This document shows positions 1 to 12,953 of a stretch of DNA of 64,000 nucleotides, one piece after another. A model generated the notes under the pieces. The model was not told the DNA's origin, searched no databases, and saw only the letters and a program-made list of their open reading frames with translations. This DNA is from Malacoraja senta (Eukaryota), in NCBI GenBank assembly GCA_038087875.1, contig CM075989.1, positions 25,298,001 through 25,362,000 of the forward strand, given 5' to 3'. Position 1 is the first letter of the stretch; the number at the start of each line of letters is the position of its first letter. The translations under genes were made by a program, and so were the position numbers.

Positions 1-131
1 GTCACGTGCTCCAGACGGCTGTACGGTCGAATGAAGTCACGCACGACCTTCGCGGGACCGTCGCGGCTCAACGCGACCACGAGGTCGCATAATTTGAGTG
101 CCAAGGACACGTAAGTGGGACGGGCCCTTTA
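1..131. mobile_element. Right end of a PIF/Harbinger-type MITE
   Basis: Ends gtgggacgggccct-tta, matching the TIR of the complete copy at 30888-31113. Confidence 0.65.
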
Positions 132-1131
132 CTTTGGCATTTAAGCATTAAAGGTTTTGTAAGAGTTTCAAAGCAAGTTTCTTGTCAATTTACTTCTACT
201 TTCTTCCACTGTCAATGACCTAATATTATCTGCTTATTCGCCCAACTCTGGCTTACTACTTTTGCAACTTTGAGCTTTCTCCAATCGGATATCCCAAGTT
301 TAGTTAACCATAGTAGATCCTTATTTCCACAGTCTTTATTCCATACTGGGATACACATATGTTAAGAACTTTAAAGTTTATATACACCAAAACTATTGTT
401 TGTTGGTTTCTAAGATTCTCCTACAGGCTCAGTTTCCTGGAACTTCCTGAGCTGTTTTCAATCCAATATTCTTGAGACAGCACTTACCCACAGCGGCATT
501 TCTAATTCTCAATGTTATTTACTTGTCTAGAGACTTTTCTACGAACCTGTCTACTGCGCTTCGTTATCTTGGCTTTAGGACTATAGTTGCCAATTTATAT
601 TGCCTGGAGCAAAGATACCATCATTATTGCATTACCTTAGTTACAAACCCATTTCTATTACATGCATCAGTATTGCATTGCACAAAGAAACTGCATGCTC
701 TGATATAGAAGGTAAACTGATTTAAATGTTCTCTTACGGGAAAAACGGGACCTACCTCTGCTCCTATTTTTACCTCCCAAAACATATACTATCAAATGCT
801 GCCTTGATGTCAATGTCCTTGGCCAATTGTTGGATCATGTTTTAGGAAAGTCTTGGTATCCCATCCTCCACTTTAATGGTTTATGACTAAAGGCTACATG
901 ACTGCACAGCTTGTTTCAATGTGTTGGTTGCAAGGACTGTTGGCTCCATCATATGCTACTCAGCACAAATGTAGCCCTGTGTTGCAGTTTCACCAGCTAG
1001 GACTTCCTTGTTTCTTCATAAGTACACCTTGTGCTAGTCTTGACTAAACCCTTCACCATGCCTCTGAATCACAGCTGTTCCCCAGTTTGACTGCAACAGG
1101 AAGGTGAGGGACACATCAGGCCATGTAGGTA

Positions 1132-1423
1132 CATAGATACATAGAAATTAGGTGCAGGAGTAGGCCATTCGGCCCTTCGAGCCTGCACCGCCATTCAATA
1201 TGATCATGGCTGATCATCCAACTCAGTATCCCGTACCTGCCTTCTCTCCATACCCCCTGATCCCTTTAGCCACAAGGGCCACATCTAACTCCCTCTTAAA
1301 TATAGCCAATGAACTGGCCTCAACTACCCTCTGTGGCAGAGAGTTCCAGAGATTCACCACTCTCTGTGTGAAAGTTTTTCCTCATCTCGGTCTTAAAGGA
1401 TTTCCCCCTTATCCTTAAGCTGT
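1132..1423 (-). mobile_element. CR1 LINE 3' end fragment (young family)
   Basis: Reverse complement nearly identical to 15435-15729. Confidence 0.9.
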
Positions 1424-2789
1424 GAGGTAGAGATAGCGATGTACATTTCTGCAGCAGATGGCCCACAATCTTCATGGATACCAACCTGAATTGCCAGATG
1501 TGTAGGGTCATTTCCATTTAACTCATTTGTAGTTCCACACAAATCAAAAGTGTTTCCAAAATGTTAATATGGCATGTTGTCTCAACAATAACTGTGCACT
1601 GATCACGTCTACCAATGATGTCACGAGCAAAATGGATCAGCCACAGGAGGAGATGGTCAATTGGGTTTTTACTTCATGCTCAATCATTACTTAGCGCAGG
1701 TCTAGTTTACATCTTCAACATTTAGTACTGGACCAGCTTGTCAGAGGTGGTGTTTATAGAAGCAGTATGGAGGACATTCACCGTGGAAGAACACAGGATC
1801 CATTCAACAGCAAGTGAACAGAGGTGGTGGCAAATCAGAATTTCACCTCTGGTACATCCTGCCAATGGGACGGAACACACAGGAAATGTGATGGAGTTCA
1901 GAATATTGTCCAAGGCATAATTCCCTGGGTACAACCATGTCAGCCTCAACATGTCGACACCATTGTGCCCCGAAGTCAACATTGACATACCTCTCCCAAT
2001 GTCAATACCAAAACTTATATGTTAGAAAGGATGTCGTACACAGTTAACTGATTTAGAAGCACCTTGACATTTCCAAATTCTGTATGCAAGTCAATGCCAA
2101 GCAGTCAGTTCCATTTTACTGAGAGTATATGTGCAAAATGGCAAGTATATAGTGAGGGGTTGAGACAGAGGCTGGTAGGCAATAGGTGGAAGCCTGCTTA
2201 TTAATACCCCATGTCCTTATGAAACATTCATTCCCTCCACCACTAACAAAATAGCTGCGATAGATACTACCTGTCTAATCTGTTTACACCATTGTGGACA
2301 GCACAACAGATCAAAACCGTGATCTCTACCAAACTACGAGGAGCAGTTTTATGGGGACACACCACCTCCAAGTTTCACTCCAAACACACACCCACCACTC
2401 TATTATTGAGAGATCCAAATCCTGCAACTCACCTGATCAGTGCACAGTTAGAGACAGGGGCAATGAATGCGAGCTTTACCAGTGACAATCACATCCCCAA
2501 AGCATTATAAAGTTATATTCAAATGACACAAGTACTAACTCAATACCTGCTTAGTCAGCGACACAATTAATTAAGAACTGGCATTACTACGCAGCTCATT
2601 TACTGTTGACCAAAATTCCCACTGTCACATTGAATTACTCATCGCTCAAGTTGCATGATGATCAGGTTCAGTTTAGGATTCTACAAATCTCTTCCGGTAA
2701 TTAATGATCATTACTGCATTTAGTTTGTGTGTGTAAATACCTTTTAAATTACATATTGTAGTAGCTTAAATATTTAAAGAACTTTGCAG

Positions 2790-3600
2790 TGGAGTCAGAG
2801 TTATACAGCATGAAAACAGGGCCTTCGGCCCAACTTGTCCATTGCCTACCAACATGCCCCATGGACACTTGTCCCACATGCCCATGTTTGGTCCACATCA
2901 CTCCATTTACCCTATATCCAAGTACCTGTCTAAATGTCTTTTAATTATTGATATAGTACCTATCTCAACTAACTGGCAACTCATTACATATTCCCACCAT
3001 CTTCAGTTTGAAAAAATTGCCCCCTAGGGTTCCAATAAAATCTTTCCCCTCTCACCATAAACCTATGTCATCTGGTTCTTGATTCCTCTACCTTGCGTAA
3101 AAGATTCTGTGCTTCTACCACAGCTATTCCTCTCATGATTTATTCACGTCTATACGATCACCCCTCATTCTCCTGCGCTCCAAGGAATAAAGCCCAATCC
3201 TGCCCAATCCCCTATAGCTATAGTCAAGTCCTGTCAACATTCCTGTAAATCTTCTCGGCACCCTTTCCAGTTTAAGAACATCTTTCCTATAGCACTGTGA
3301 CCAAAACTGACCATAATACTCCAAACGTGGCCTCACCAACATCTTGTAAAATTGTAACATCCCAACTTCTATACTTAATATAAACACAAAATGCTGGAGT
3401 AACTTGGCAATACAGGCAGCATCTCTGGAGAGAAGAACTGGGTGACGTTTCGAGTCGAGACCCTTCTTCAGAATATAGTCAATACCCTGACTGATGAAGG
3501 GCAATGTGCCAAAAGCTTTATTTACCACCCTATCCAGCTGTATCACCATTTTCAAGGTACAATGTACCTGTACTCCTGGTTCCTTCTGCTCTACAATGAA
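2790..3600 (-). mobile_element. Decayed CR1 fragment with a nested Penelope-derived short element (about 3380-3475)
   Basis: MLQFYKMLVRPRLEYYGQFWS...LYSLERRRMRGD-like translation and CR1 tail. Confidence 0.8.
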
Positions 3601-5486
3601 ACTGGCAAGAACACAACTGGAGAAACAAGGAACTGCAGATGCTGGAGTAGCTCAGCAGGTCAGGTAGCATCTCTGGAGAAACCACCACCAACTGTATCCA
3701 CCCATCACTGTCAGAATTTATCCTGCCACTCCTCGCTTCCAGCTTTATCCCCCCCCCCAACCACAGAATCAGTCTGAAGAAGGGTCCTGACTTGAAACGT
3801 TACCTATCCATGTTCTCCACAGATGCTGCCTGACCCACGAGTTATTCTTTTACTGCCCTTTTTAGCACTCCTTAAGTATTTTGTTCAGTTTTAGTTCAAT
3901 ACTTGGTACACGTGTACTGGTGGAAGTTCAGGAAGCACATAACGTTGATTCAGGAATGACAGGACCGACTTACAAAAAGAATTGTGCAGGTTGGGCCCTA
4001 ATCTCACAGTTTTAGAGGTTGCCTTACTTTAAAACACAGTATTGAGGGGGTTTGATAGGGTTTATGCCCTCATGGGAGATGAAGATGAGGAGAGGGTTTG
4101 CATTGGAGGGCATAGTTTAAGGAACTGCCAAGACAGACCAGGGAGCCATTGGTCAGTGACACTTTGGAACTCTCTGTCCAATAAGCTAGAGATATCAATT
4201 AATTGTGTACATTGAAAGCCATGATAAAATTATTGGACTAAAGATATCAAGACTTTATGCAAGCACGAAAGAAAGAGGCCAACATGCGATCAATAAGATC
4301 ATAAATAGGTACATGATCTAATCATGCTTCCATTTCTTAAAGTCAATTGTCAGTGACTAGTCCACAAATCAAGAGTTTCTGCCCCAAAGCTAATCCTCTT
4401 GTGCAGCATTAAATAACTGCTCAAACCTTCACCTTTGAGACAGAATTACAGACACAAGTTTGATTGTAATGTATTGACAAGAATGGTGCAGGCCACTTGG
4501 AAGTATCACCATTTCCAATTATTCTCCATTAATACAGACAGCACAAAAAACATTTAGCGCTCCAGCACTGGTTTTGCTAAGCTGCCTCACATTGGGTTTG
4601 AATCTTTTTAGTGAATGGCCCACCAGTGGCAATGCCAGCTCCAATTGTCTAAACTCATTTACACTGAGGACTAAGTCAAAGGTATATGACAATTGCACTC
4701 ATTAAACAGCAAAGCACAAGGTTTTATTTAAAATTTACATGTTATCAGATTGTGGCAATAGAATTCCATTCGGTGCAATCTACATTTTTGTGAAGAGAAA
4801 CAGGACAAAGACTGCGGATATCCTTACACCAATTCAATTCAAATGTAGGATATCTAGCTACATTCGATTACTGTTAGTCTCCTCAACTTGATTTCAAAGA
4901 TAACCACAAAATATTTTTCCTATAAAAATAACTAAAACCTTAGGCAAAGAGGAAATGTTGCTTTGATATGTTTGCTATTACATCAGATTTAAGATGAGGA
5001 TTAAAATTATATAAACACATATATAAACAAGAAATATTCAAAGAATTTGATGCCAGTGACAGAAATCTTCCATCTCCAATAAGAGTTATACATAGTGGGA
5101 TAGCACATGTGCTCAGACTATTGGTCCTGGGTCTGAAAATGAATGGCAGGCCAAGGTTCAAGGGTTGAAATCTTGAAGGTCATTTATGAAACTGCTCTCC
5201 TTGGATGTTTTTATAAATAACAAATTTGAACAAAAGTGGGCATACAACCACTTAGAAACAAAGAGTCTTTCATTGTTGGATGCATTCAATTGCATTGCAA
5301 TAACTCAAGTTTATTACAGAAATTTTACTAAACAAGGTAGCACAATGACCCATGTATCCAAATGCACAGATGGAAATATAATTTGCAGATCCTTGCACAA
5401 TTCCCATTACAATTGATTTTCTGCTCTTTTTTTCTTCTAAATTTGAGCCAACAAAAATGCACAAAAGCAAGACTTGAGGAAGTATC

Positions 5487-6327
5487 GGTGGGCGGTGCGA
5501 CTTTCGTCAGCAGCGGCCTCTGCAGTCCGTCTGTCTTTTTATTATTTTTGTCTCGTTTCTATGTAGTTTTTATTAATTTTTGTCGGGGTATGTGTGTGTG
5601 GGGGGTGGGGGGGACGGGGGACTTTAAAATCTTTCCCCTGCACGGGAGACCCGACCTTTTCTTTGTCGGGTCTCCGTTGTCGTTGGGGCTGGGCAACGTG
5701 GAGCGGCCTCCAGCAGGAGCGACCTGGGGCTCCAGTTGCGGAGCTGCGGACTACTCACCGTCACGGGGCTGGCTGAGTCCGGAGCGGGTGTAGCTGTGGT
5801 GGAGCGCTGCTGCGACCCGACCCCCGGAGATTCGGAGGCTACGGCCGCGGGTCTGGCGGACGGCAACACCGGAAGCCCGCGCGTCCCTGGTGGGAGACCA
5901 CTTTTCGGGGCTTCCGCAGCGGCGACTTCTCATGCCCGAGTTGCGAGGTTGAAGAGCACCTGGAGCGGGGCTTTACATCACCGCCCCGCGCGGCTTGGAA
6001 TGGCCGCGGGACTGTGCGAGCGCACGCCGGGGCTCTAACACCAAGACCCGGGGCGCGACCTTGCATCACCCGGCGTGGCTTTAATGGCCACGGGATAATC
6101 ACCATCGCCCGCCAGGGGCTTTGACTTTGACTCTGACATCGGGGGGGGGAAGGAGTGCAGTGGAGAGATACGTTTTTTTTGCCTTCCATCACAGCACTGT
6201 GATGGATGTATGTGTAAATTGTGTTGTGTCTCGGGTCTTTTTCGTTTTGTAATGTATGGCTGCAGAAACGACATTTCGTTTGGACCTCAACGGGGTCCGA
6301 ATGACAAATAAATTGTGTTGTATTGTA
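5487..6327 (+). mobile_element. GC-rich non-coding element with a LINE-like 3' tail (probable non-autonomous retroelement)
   Basis: Abrupt CpG-rich block in an AT-rich intron, ending in hairpin ttggacc-tcaacgg-ggtccgaa, aataaa and (ttgta)-like repeats. Confidence 0.55.
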
Positions 6328-7367
6328 AAATGGTTGGAAAATTTCACAACGTGGCCACATATTCCCAAGCATAAGGATGGACCAGGCAAGAGAACACTCA
6401 TTAATTAAACCATCTGCAGAGAATAGTTCTAGTCTCACCAGAGATGGATTAGACCGATTAACAATGCCTTGATTCTGTAGTTGAAGGCAGAACCACAAGT
6501 GGGATCTTGTTTCCAGGAAGTCTCGCTATTTAGGCCACTCTCAGCCATCTGGGGTAAGGGGCAGCACCAGGCCAAACCAACAGCAAGTACCTGGGGCTCC
6601 ACATTTTCACTTCAGTTAGAAATTACTACTCAGAAATCCTGCCTCAGTTTGACTTGAAGCTTATGTATTCCATAACTGGGAGAAACACCATTTGGTTTAT
6701 TGGAACTAAATGACATAAAGCTAGAAAACAACATTTTAGGATATAGACAATGGGCTCCCTTACCAGTTAAGTAAGAAATTAGTAGCCTGGGGATTTGTTT
6801 AACAGGTCAGTCTCTGCTACAAGCCTATTCACAGCAGCAAGGAAATAACATGCAGCATCACATCTCAAAATGTCACATCTTCGGAAAATCAGTAACAGAA
6901 AAAGATAGCGAAACAATTACCAACCAGGACACCACCCAAAGTCGTGACTACTTTGAATATGAACTGTTTGTGCAGTTTTCAGGATTAAGTGGTGAAAATA
7001 AGCTTCTAGCTATATTTATTACTGTGAAAAAGATACATTTGTTGATAACCAGATTATGCAGTTTTGAGTCAAATGAACAAAGCTTAGTCTAGATTGGAGC
7101 ATTGCCAATTTTCCAGGCCTGCCTTCTTAGCTATTCAAATTATCCTCATGCAAAAACTCTTCTAAAAACACAATTGCAAACTCTGCTGTCATATTTGATA
7201 AAAAAATATGGTTGACAATTAAATTGGTGAAGAGGGAAATAGAGGCATAGTACTGGGTACATTTCACTGAATGGCAAGCAATGATGGACTTGGAAGTTTT
7301 ATGTGACAACAATTTCAAAGAGGTAGAGGTTTGTGAGCAAGACCAAAAATGGTATCCGATTCTAAAT

Positions 7368-7592
7368 GTGTAGGAAGGACCTGCAGATGTTGGTTTACAC
7401 TGAAGATAGAGACAAAATGCTGGAGTAACAGCGGGACAGGCAGCATTTCTGGATAGAAGGAATGGGTGACGTTTCGGGTCGAGACCCTTCTTCAGACTCC
7501 GAAGAAGTGTCTCGACCCAAAACGTCACCTATTCCTTCTATCCAGAGATGCTGACTGTTTCGGTGAGTTACTCCAGCATTTGGTGTGTATCT
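7368..7592. mobile_element. Inverted dimer of the Penelope-derived short element
   Basis: Two arms in opposite orientation meeting near 7500; flanked by direct repeat gattctaaat (7358-7367, 7593-7602). Confidence 0.8.
7464..7499 (-). ncRNA. Minimal type I hammerhead ribozyme-like core
   Basis: Sense gagu-CUGAAGA-a-GGGU(CUCG)ACCC-GAAAC-GUC-accc. Confidence 0.6.
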
Positions 7593-8631
7593 GATTCTAA
7601 ATCCTAATCTGGAGATTTATGATACAGAGTATAAAATATTACCTGATATTAGCAATTTAATGAACACATCTTAATAGAAACAAACTAGAAGTTAATATTG
7701 CTGGTGATCAGCAAATGGCAGAGATGAGGTCTTTGAGACCTCAAGCATAAAATAAACCGCTGCAGATCTGGGCTGAGAAATTCCACCTGTCGTTCTCATA
7801 GGTCAAAACCCAATGCCGATCTGGTTCAGGATTTAATTGTTTATTAATAAAGAAGCATTCCAACATGCCCATAATAAGCATTTGCATTTGAATCATGCAG
7901 ACGGTATTCAAAGTCAGAAAGCAATCAGTCTACTGCTCTTCGCACTCTGCAGCCTGACCTGCTGAACATTTCCAGCATTGTTTTTAAATACACAGTTCCA
8001 ATATCTAGTTTGTTTTTTAGTTACAAAACAGGAATCGTGTCACCAAGTCTCAGCCTACATCATGGTCAGTGTGATGCAAAAATATAAAAATGCCCTCTTT
8101 GATGAGCAAACCTCAAGAATTTACAAAGTTACATCATGTTTGGAACAGAAATGTGCTGTCAGTCTTATCACCATCTTGTTTTGAAAGACAATGCCAATTC
8201 AAGGTTTGTCATAAAGAATATTTTAATAAAAGGCCACCTTCCACTAGTAAAATCCAGTGACAACTGTACTGCATTGTAATCCAGAACTCAAAAAATGGCC
8301 TGTCTGTATGGAAGATAATTCAGCTCAGATCCAAACCTACAACTTTTACCTTTCTGCAATTTTTTGCACACTATCTTTGCTTGAAATCAAATTTAAAGTC
8401 AGCTTTTACCCAGCTGTTTAAAGCTCAAGGGGCAAGGAGACAGGAATCACCAAACTCCATGTTGGCTGCACATCATATAATGACCAGTTCCAGCTGTGGG
8501 AGATCTGGATCATTTGGCATACAAAACATTTTATTGTAGAGAGAAACATTGCAATACAATTCTAAAAGCCTAGTCCGTTGCAGGATATCAACTGTGTCCA
8601 CATTCAAAAGGCATTCCACAACATTTTCCAT

Positions 8632-9910
8632 GCAGGAAGGAACTATAGATACTGGTTTAAACTAGACACAAAAAGCTGGAGTAACTCAGCGGGTCAGGTA
8701 GCATGTCTAGAGAAAAGGAATCGGTGACATTTTGGGTTAAGACCCTGCTTCAGAATGAGAATCAGGGGAAAGTGAAACAAGAGCAGTGATATAGAACAAA
8801 TGAATGAAAGATATGCAAAAAAGTAACAATGATCAAGGAAACAGTCCATTGCTGGCTGTGTTATACAGACAATAAACCTCAAAAGGACAACAGTGAAGCA
8901 TCTCTGGGTGATGTTTTGGGTCGAGACCCTTCACCGAACGTCACCCATTCCTTCTCTCCAGGGATGCTGCCTGACCCGCTGAGTTACTCCAGCATTTTGT
9001 GTCTATCTTCGATTTAAACTAGCATCTGCAGTTCCTTTCTGCACAGGACAGCAGAAAACTAGTACAATGACCTAGGAAGGGGGAGGGATGGAGAGAGAGA
9101 GGGGGATGCAAGGGTTACTTGAAGTTAGAGAAATCAATATTCATACCGTCAGTTTGTAAGCTGCCCAAGCGAAATATGACATGGTGTTCGTCCAATTAGC
9201 ATTTGGCCTCTGACAATGGAGGACAGAAAGAGGAAGAAGGGTATCGACCCGAAATGTCGCCTATTCCTTCTCTCCATAGATGCTGCCTCACCCGCTGAGT
9301 TTCTCCAGCATTTTTTGTGTACCATGGAGGACAGAATTGTCAGTATGGCAATGGGAGTTAAAGTGTTTGGCAACCAGGAGATCTCATAAGCCAAGGCGGA
9401 CTGAGCGAAAGTGTTCAGCAGTCGCCCAGTCTATGCTTGGTCTCGCCAATATACAACAGCCCACACCTGGAACAACGAATACAGTAGATGAGGTTGGAGG
9501 AGGTACAAGTGAACCTCTGCCTAACCTGAAAGGACTATCGGGGTCCTTCGACGGAGTCGAGGTAGAAGGTATAGGGACAGGTGTTGCATCTTCTGCGGTT
9601 GCAGGGGAAAGTACCTGGGGAAGGGGTGGTTTAGGTGGGAAGGGATGGGTTAACCAGGGAGTTGCAGAGGGAACGGTCTCTGCGGAAAGGGGTGGGAATG
9701 GAAAAATGTGACTAGTGGTGGGATATTATTGGAGGTGACTGATTGGGTGAAAGGTGAGAACTAGGGGAACTCTGTCCCTGTTGCAACTGGGGAGGGGGAG
9801 TGAGAGCAGAGCTACGGGGTACCGAGGAGATATGTGTGAGGGTTTCATCTGTGATAGAAGTGGGGAACCCTTGTTCCCCAAAGAATGAGGACATCACGGA
9901 TGTTCTGGAC
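8632..9910 (-). mobile_element. Decayed Penelope-like retroelement (GIY-YIG region and 3' terminal repeat) with nested short copies
   Basis: Minus strand reads FQVRQRFTCTSSNLIYCIRCSRCGLLYIGETKHRLG (about 9420-9535) and LDEHHVIFRLGSLQTDGMNIDFSNFK-stop (about 9116-9196). Confidence 0.88.
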
Positions 9911-12167
9911 CATTTGCCTGTCCATTCTACAAATCTTTTCACTACTCTCACTGCAGGGTACCCGAGAGTGTGCACAGGTAAGTTTCTCTCTGTCCTAATG
10001 CTATTTAAAAAAAAAGTAAGAATCTGGTATACACATTCCATTTCTCACTGCATTTCCCAACAGCCTGCAGTTATATCACCATATTCCCCTTATAGCATTC
10101 ACACCAGTCTGGTTGGTTCCAGGCAGGCTCTTCTGACACTCCAAACAACGTATTCACTTGGCAAGCGAGAACTTACTCAATTTATTGAATATTACGTAGT
10201 ACATACGGTGAGAACCCTGATTTTTGTGTGTTAAACTTACTGCAGCCCAACGTTCCTCGACATGCACAGATTTAAACCAAAGGTATAGGACCTCTGGTGC
10301 ACCCATGTCGCCCCTTTGTCACACACAAAGAACACATTTATGCCCTGCTTTTTTGTTTAATTCACCACACAATCACAAATACCAAGATTTTATAGGTGCA
10401 GTCATAGCCTTGATGTGCAGCAAGGAAGGAAAAAAAAGCCTATTTAACAGGGCTGAGATACAGTTTTTAAGGATGGAGTTCTAGTGCTTCCTCCAGAGTG
10501 GTGGAAGATTTTTTGGATAATTTTTAAGGAAGGGTTCGATACTTGAAGAATTGACTGGACTGTGATTTTGAGAGTACAATCAGATCAGTTGGTGTCATCG
10601 TATTAAACAATAGAATCAGCTCCTATCTGAGTGAGCACTAGCCGTTGGTTTATTTTTCAATTATGCCCTCACTTTGCTAAACTTCAGCAGACACAAAACG
10701 AGCTTGTTTAACCTTTCCTTGCAAAACCAGTGTCCATTGGCTCAGCACCCACCTTCTTTCTGATTTATATACAACTGAAATATTGTATATACATGCTCCC
10801 TATCTTTTATTCAACTTCCCCAGACTATTACTCTGCTATATTCATGCTCTAAAATACCCAAATATCATCTTTTGATAAAATACTTTACTCAGCAGGCCAG
10901 GCAACATCTCTGGAGAGAAGGAATGGGTGACATTTCAGGTGGAGACCCTTCTTCAGACTCGCATCCTTTTGCCAGATCTTTGCACAGTCACGACCTATTT
11001 TTGTGGTGTCCGTTTGTCCTCTTTCATCGACAAAATTGAAGTCACCGTACTTCAGTCGGTTAACTTCATACAAGACATTTATACAAATTGTAAAAAACCG
11101 AGACTAGGGTATTATCCCACTGACACATCAATCGAACAAAAGGGTAGTTTATGCACAATTTTCCAGTTAGTACGTCAATTATCTATCCAATAAATATATA
11201 TCCACCTACACCAAATTCTATTTTCAACAACTTTTGATGTAAAACTTATCAAAAAGGTCCCCCAAAAAAGTAGACTTGCTCTACAGCACATAATTCAAAG
11301 AACTTTTTGGGCAAGAATCAAAGTGCTGTGGGAACTCAGCAGGTAAAACAGAATCTGTGGAGGAAATAGACTAGTGATATTTTGGGTGAGGACCGTTTGA
11401 AGAAAGGTCCCTCAAAGGATCCCATCCCAAAATATCCATTCCCTGACCCGCTGAGTTCCTCAGCACTTTATTTTTTGACCAAGATCCCAGCATCTGGAGA
11501 TTCTTGCAACGTCAGCATTTTCATGTTGTTACACAAATTAAACTCAAAATTCAATTTTGAAAGATCTAGTAATATTATGCAAATGATTTAATATCCAGAA
11601 GTTGCAAAAATTGAAGAATTGATACATTCTTCATACATAAAACCTCAAATATCCACACAACTGTCTGATACTCCTAACTAGGAGTTATTTAGTATATCTC
11701 CAGACATATATACTGATGCACGATTTATATCCATGCCTCTTCAAGCATCTTTGAATGAAATCACGATTGATTTATAATCTTAATAACAATTACTATGTCG
11801 AAACTTTAACTTCAATTCCTCATTCTTGGTCAAGTTTCTGACAAAGGATCTCACTAAAAACACTGGCCGAGTAGTAGCTGTCACCTGGAGAAAAGTTCCA
11901 CACTATAGTACATCAGTCACCCTCTGGGTGTAGAAGTGACTTCAAGCTTGCGAGCTCCTTCGCACCACTTGCCATTCACTTTGCTCTTCCCTCGCCTAGG
12001 TGGGTGTTTTTATGTTTATACTTTCAGACTGTGACATGCATTGACTATAGTTTGACCTCTGCTGTCCGCACAGAGAGGGGTGCTCCCCCGGCATCACCTC
12101 CTCCTCCCCAGAGCACAAAGATCCGGAGTATCAGCGGCTCAGCTTGTGTCCATCACCTCCTCCTTAC

Positions 12168-12953
12168 CTCGTACGACCAGGCGCATTGCACGCCGGCGAC
12201 CCTGCGCACACAACGGCCGAGCTCCAAGTCCTCGTGTGTGGTGTACATCTCCCGCAGACACTGGCCGATGTGAGGCAGCACCCGGCGGAGCAGCTCACGG
12301 CTCAGCACCACGCCCGGGCCACCCATGCAGAAGTTCTCGCCCGGCTCCAGCGCCAGCTTGCCCATCTCCTCGGGCGCGCCGAGGCCGGTCTGGCCCAGGT
12401 ACAGCGGCTGGCTGCTGTTGAGGCCCCGTAGGAAGCGCTCCAGCCTCTCGCCGCGGATGTACGTGTCGTCGTCGGCCCGCACGAACCACTCGAAGTGCTG
12501 CAGGTGCCGCTCGCCCATGTACTTGAGCATCAGGAAGGACTTCTTCTGCGGCGGGTAGGTGTCGTCCACGCCGGGCAGGGCGACGAGCGGCAGCGGCAGG
12601 CTGAGGTTGGAGCCCTCGCTGGAGAAGAACTCGACGCGGCCGGGGATGTGCCGGGCCCAGGTGCCGTAGGCCGCCAGCGCCCGGCTCCTCAGGTACTTCT
12701 TGGCGCTCATCACCCCCACGTACATGAAGCGGGAGGCGGCGGGCCGCTCGTCCTCGTCCTCGTCCTCCCCGCCCGCAGACCCCGCCAACTGCCCGGCGCC
12801 CACTCCCTTCCGCCCGCACCCGGCCCTCTCCCGCTGGCGCGCCGCCCGCCCCGGCATCGTGGCCCGGGGCAGCAGCAGCCAGGAGGCGAGGCCGAAGCCG
12901 AGCACTAGGCCCAACAACATGCTGAGCCAGGAGCGCCGGCAGCGCGGCGCCAT
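12168..12953 (-). CDS. CHSY1: Chondroitin sulfate synthase 1, first coding exon (262 codons); downstream exon(s) lie beyond the window start
   Basis: ATG at 12953 gives MAPRCRRSWLSMLLGLVLGFGLASWLLLPR (signal anchor), then YVGVMSAKKYL, GVDDTYPPQKKSF, RADDDTY, ENFCMGGPG, HEDLELGRC and CAWSYE, ending at donor GAG|GTAAGG (phase 0). Adjacent to SELENOS and SNRPA1 as in human. Confidence 0.95.
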
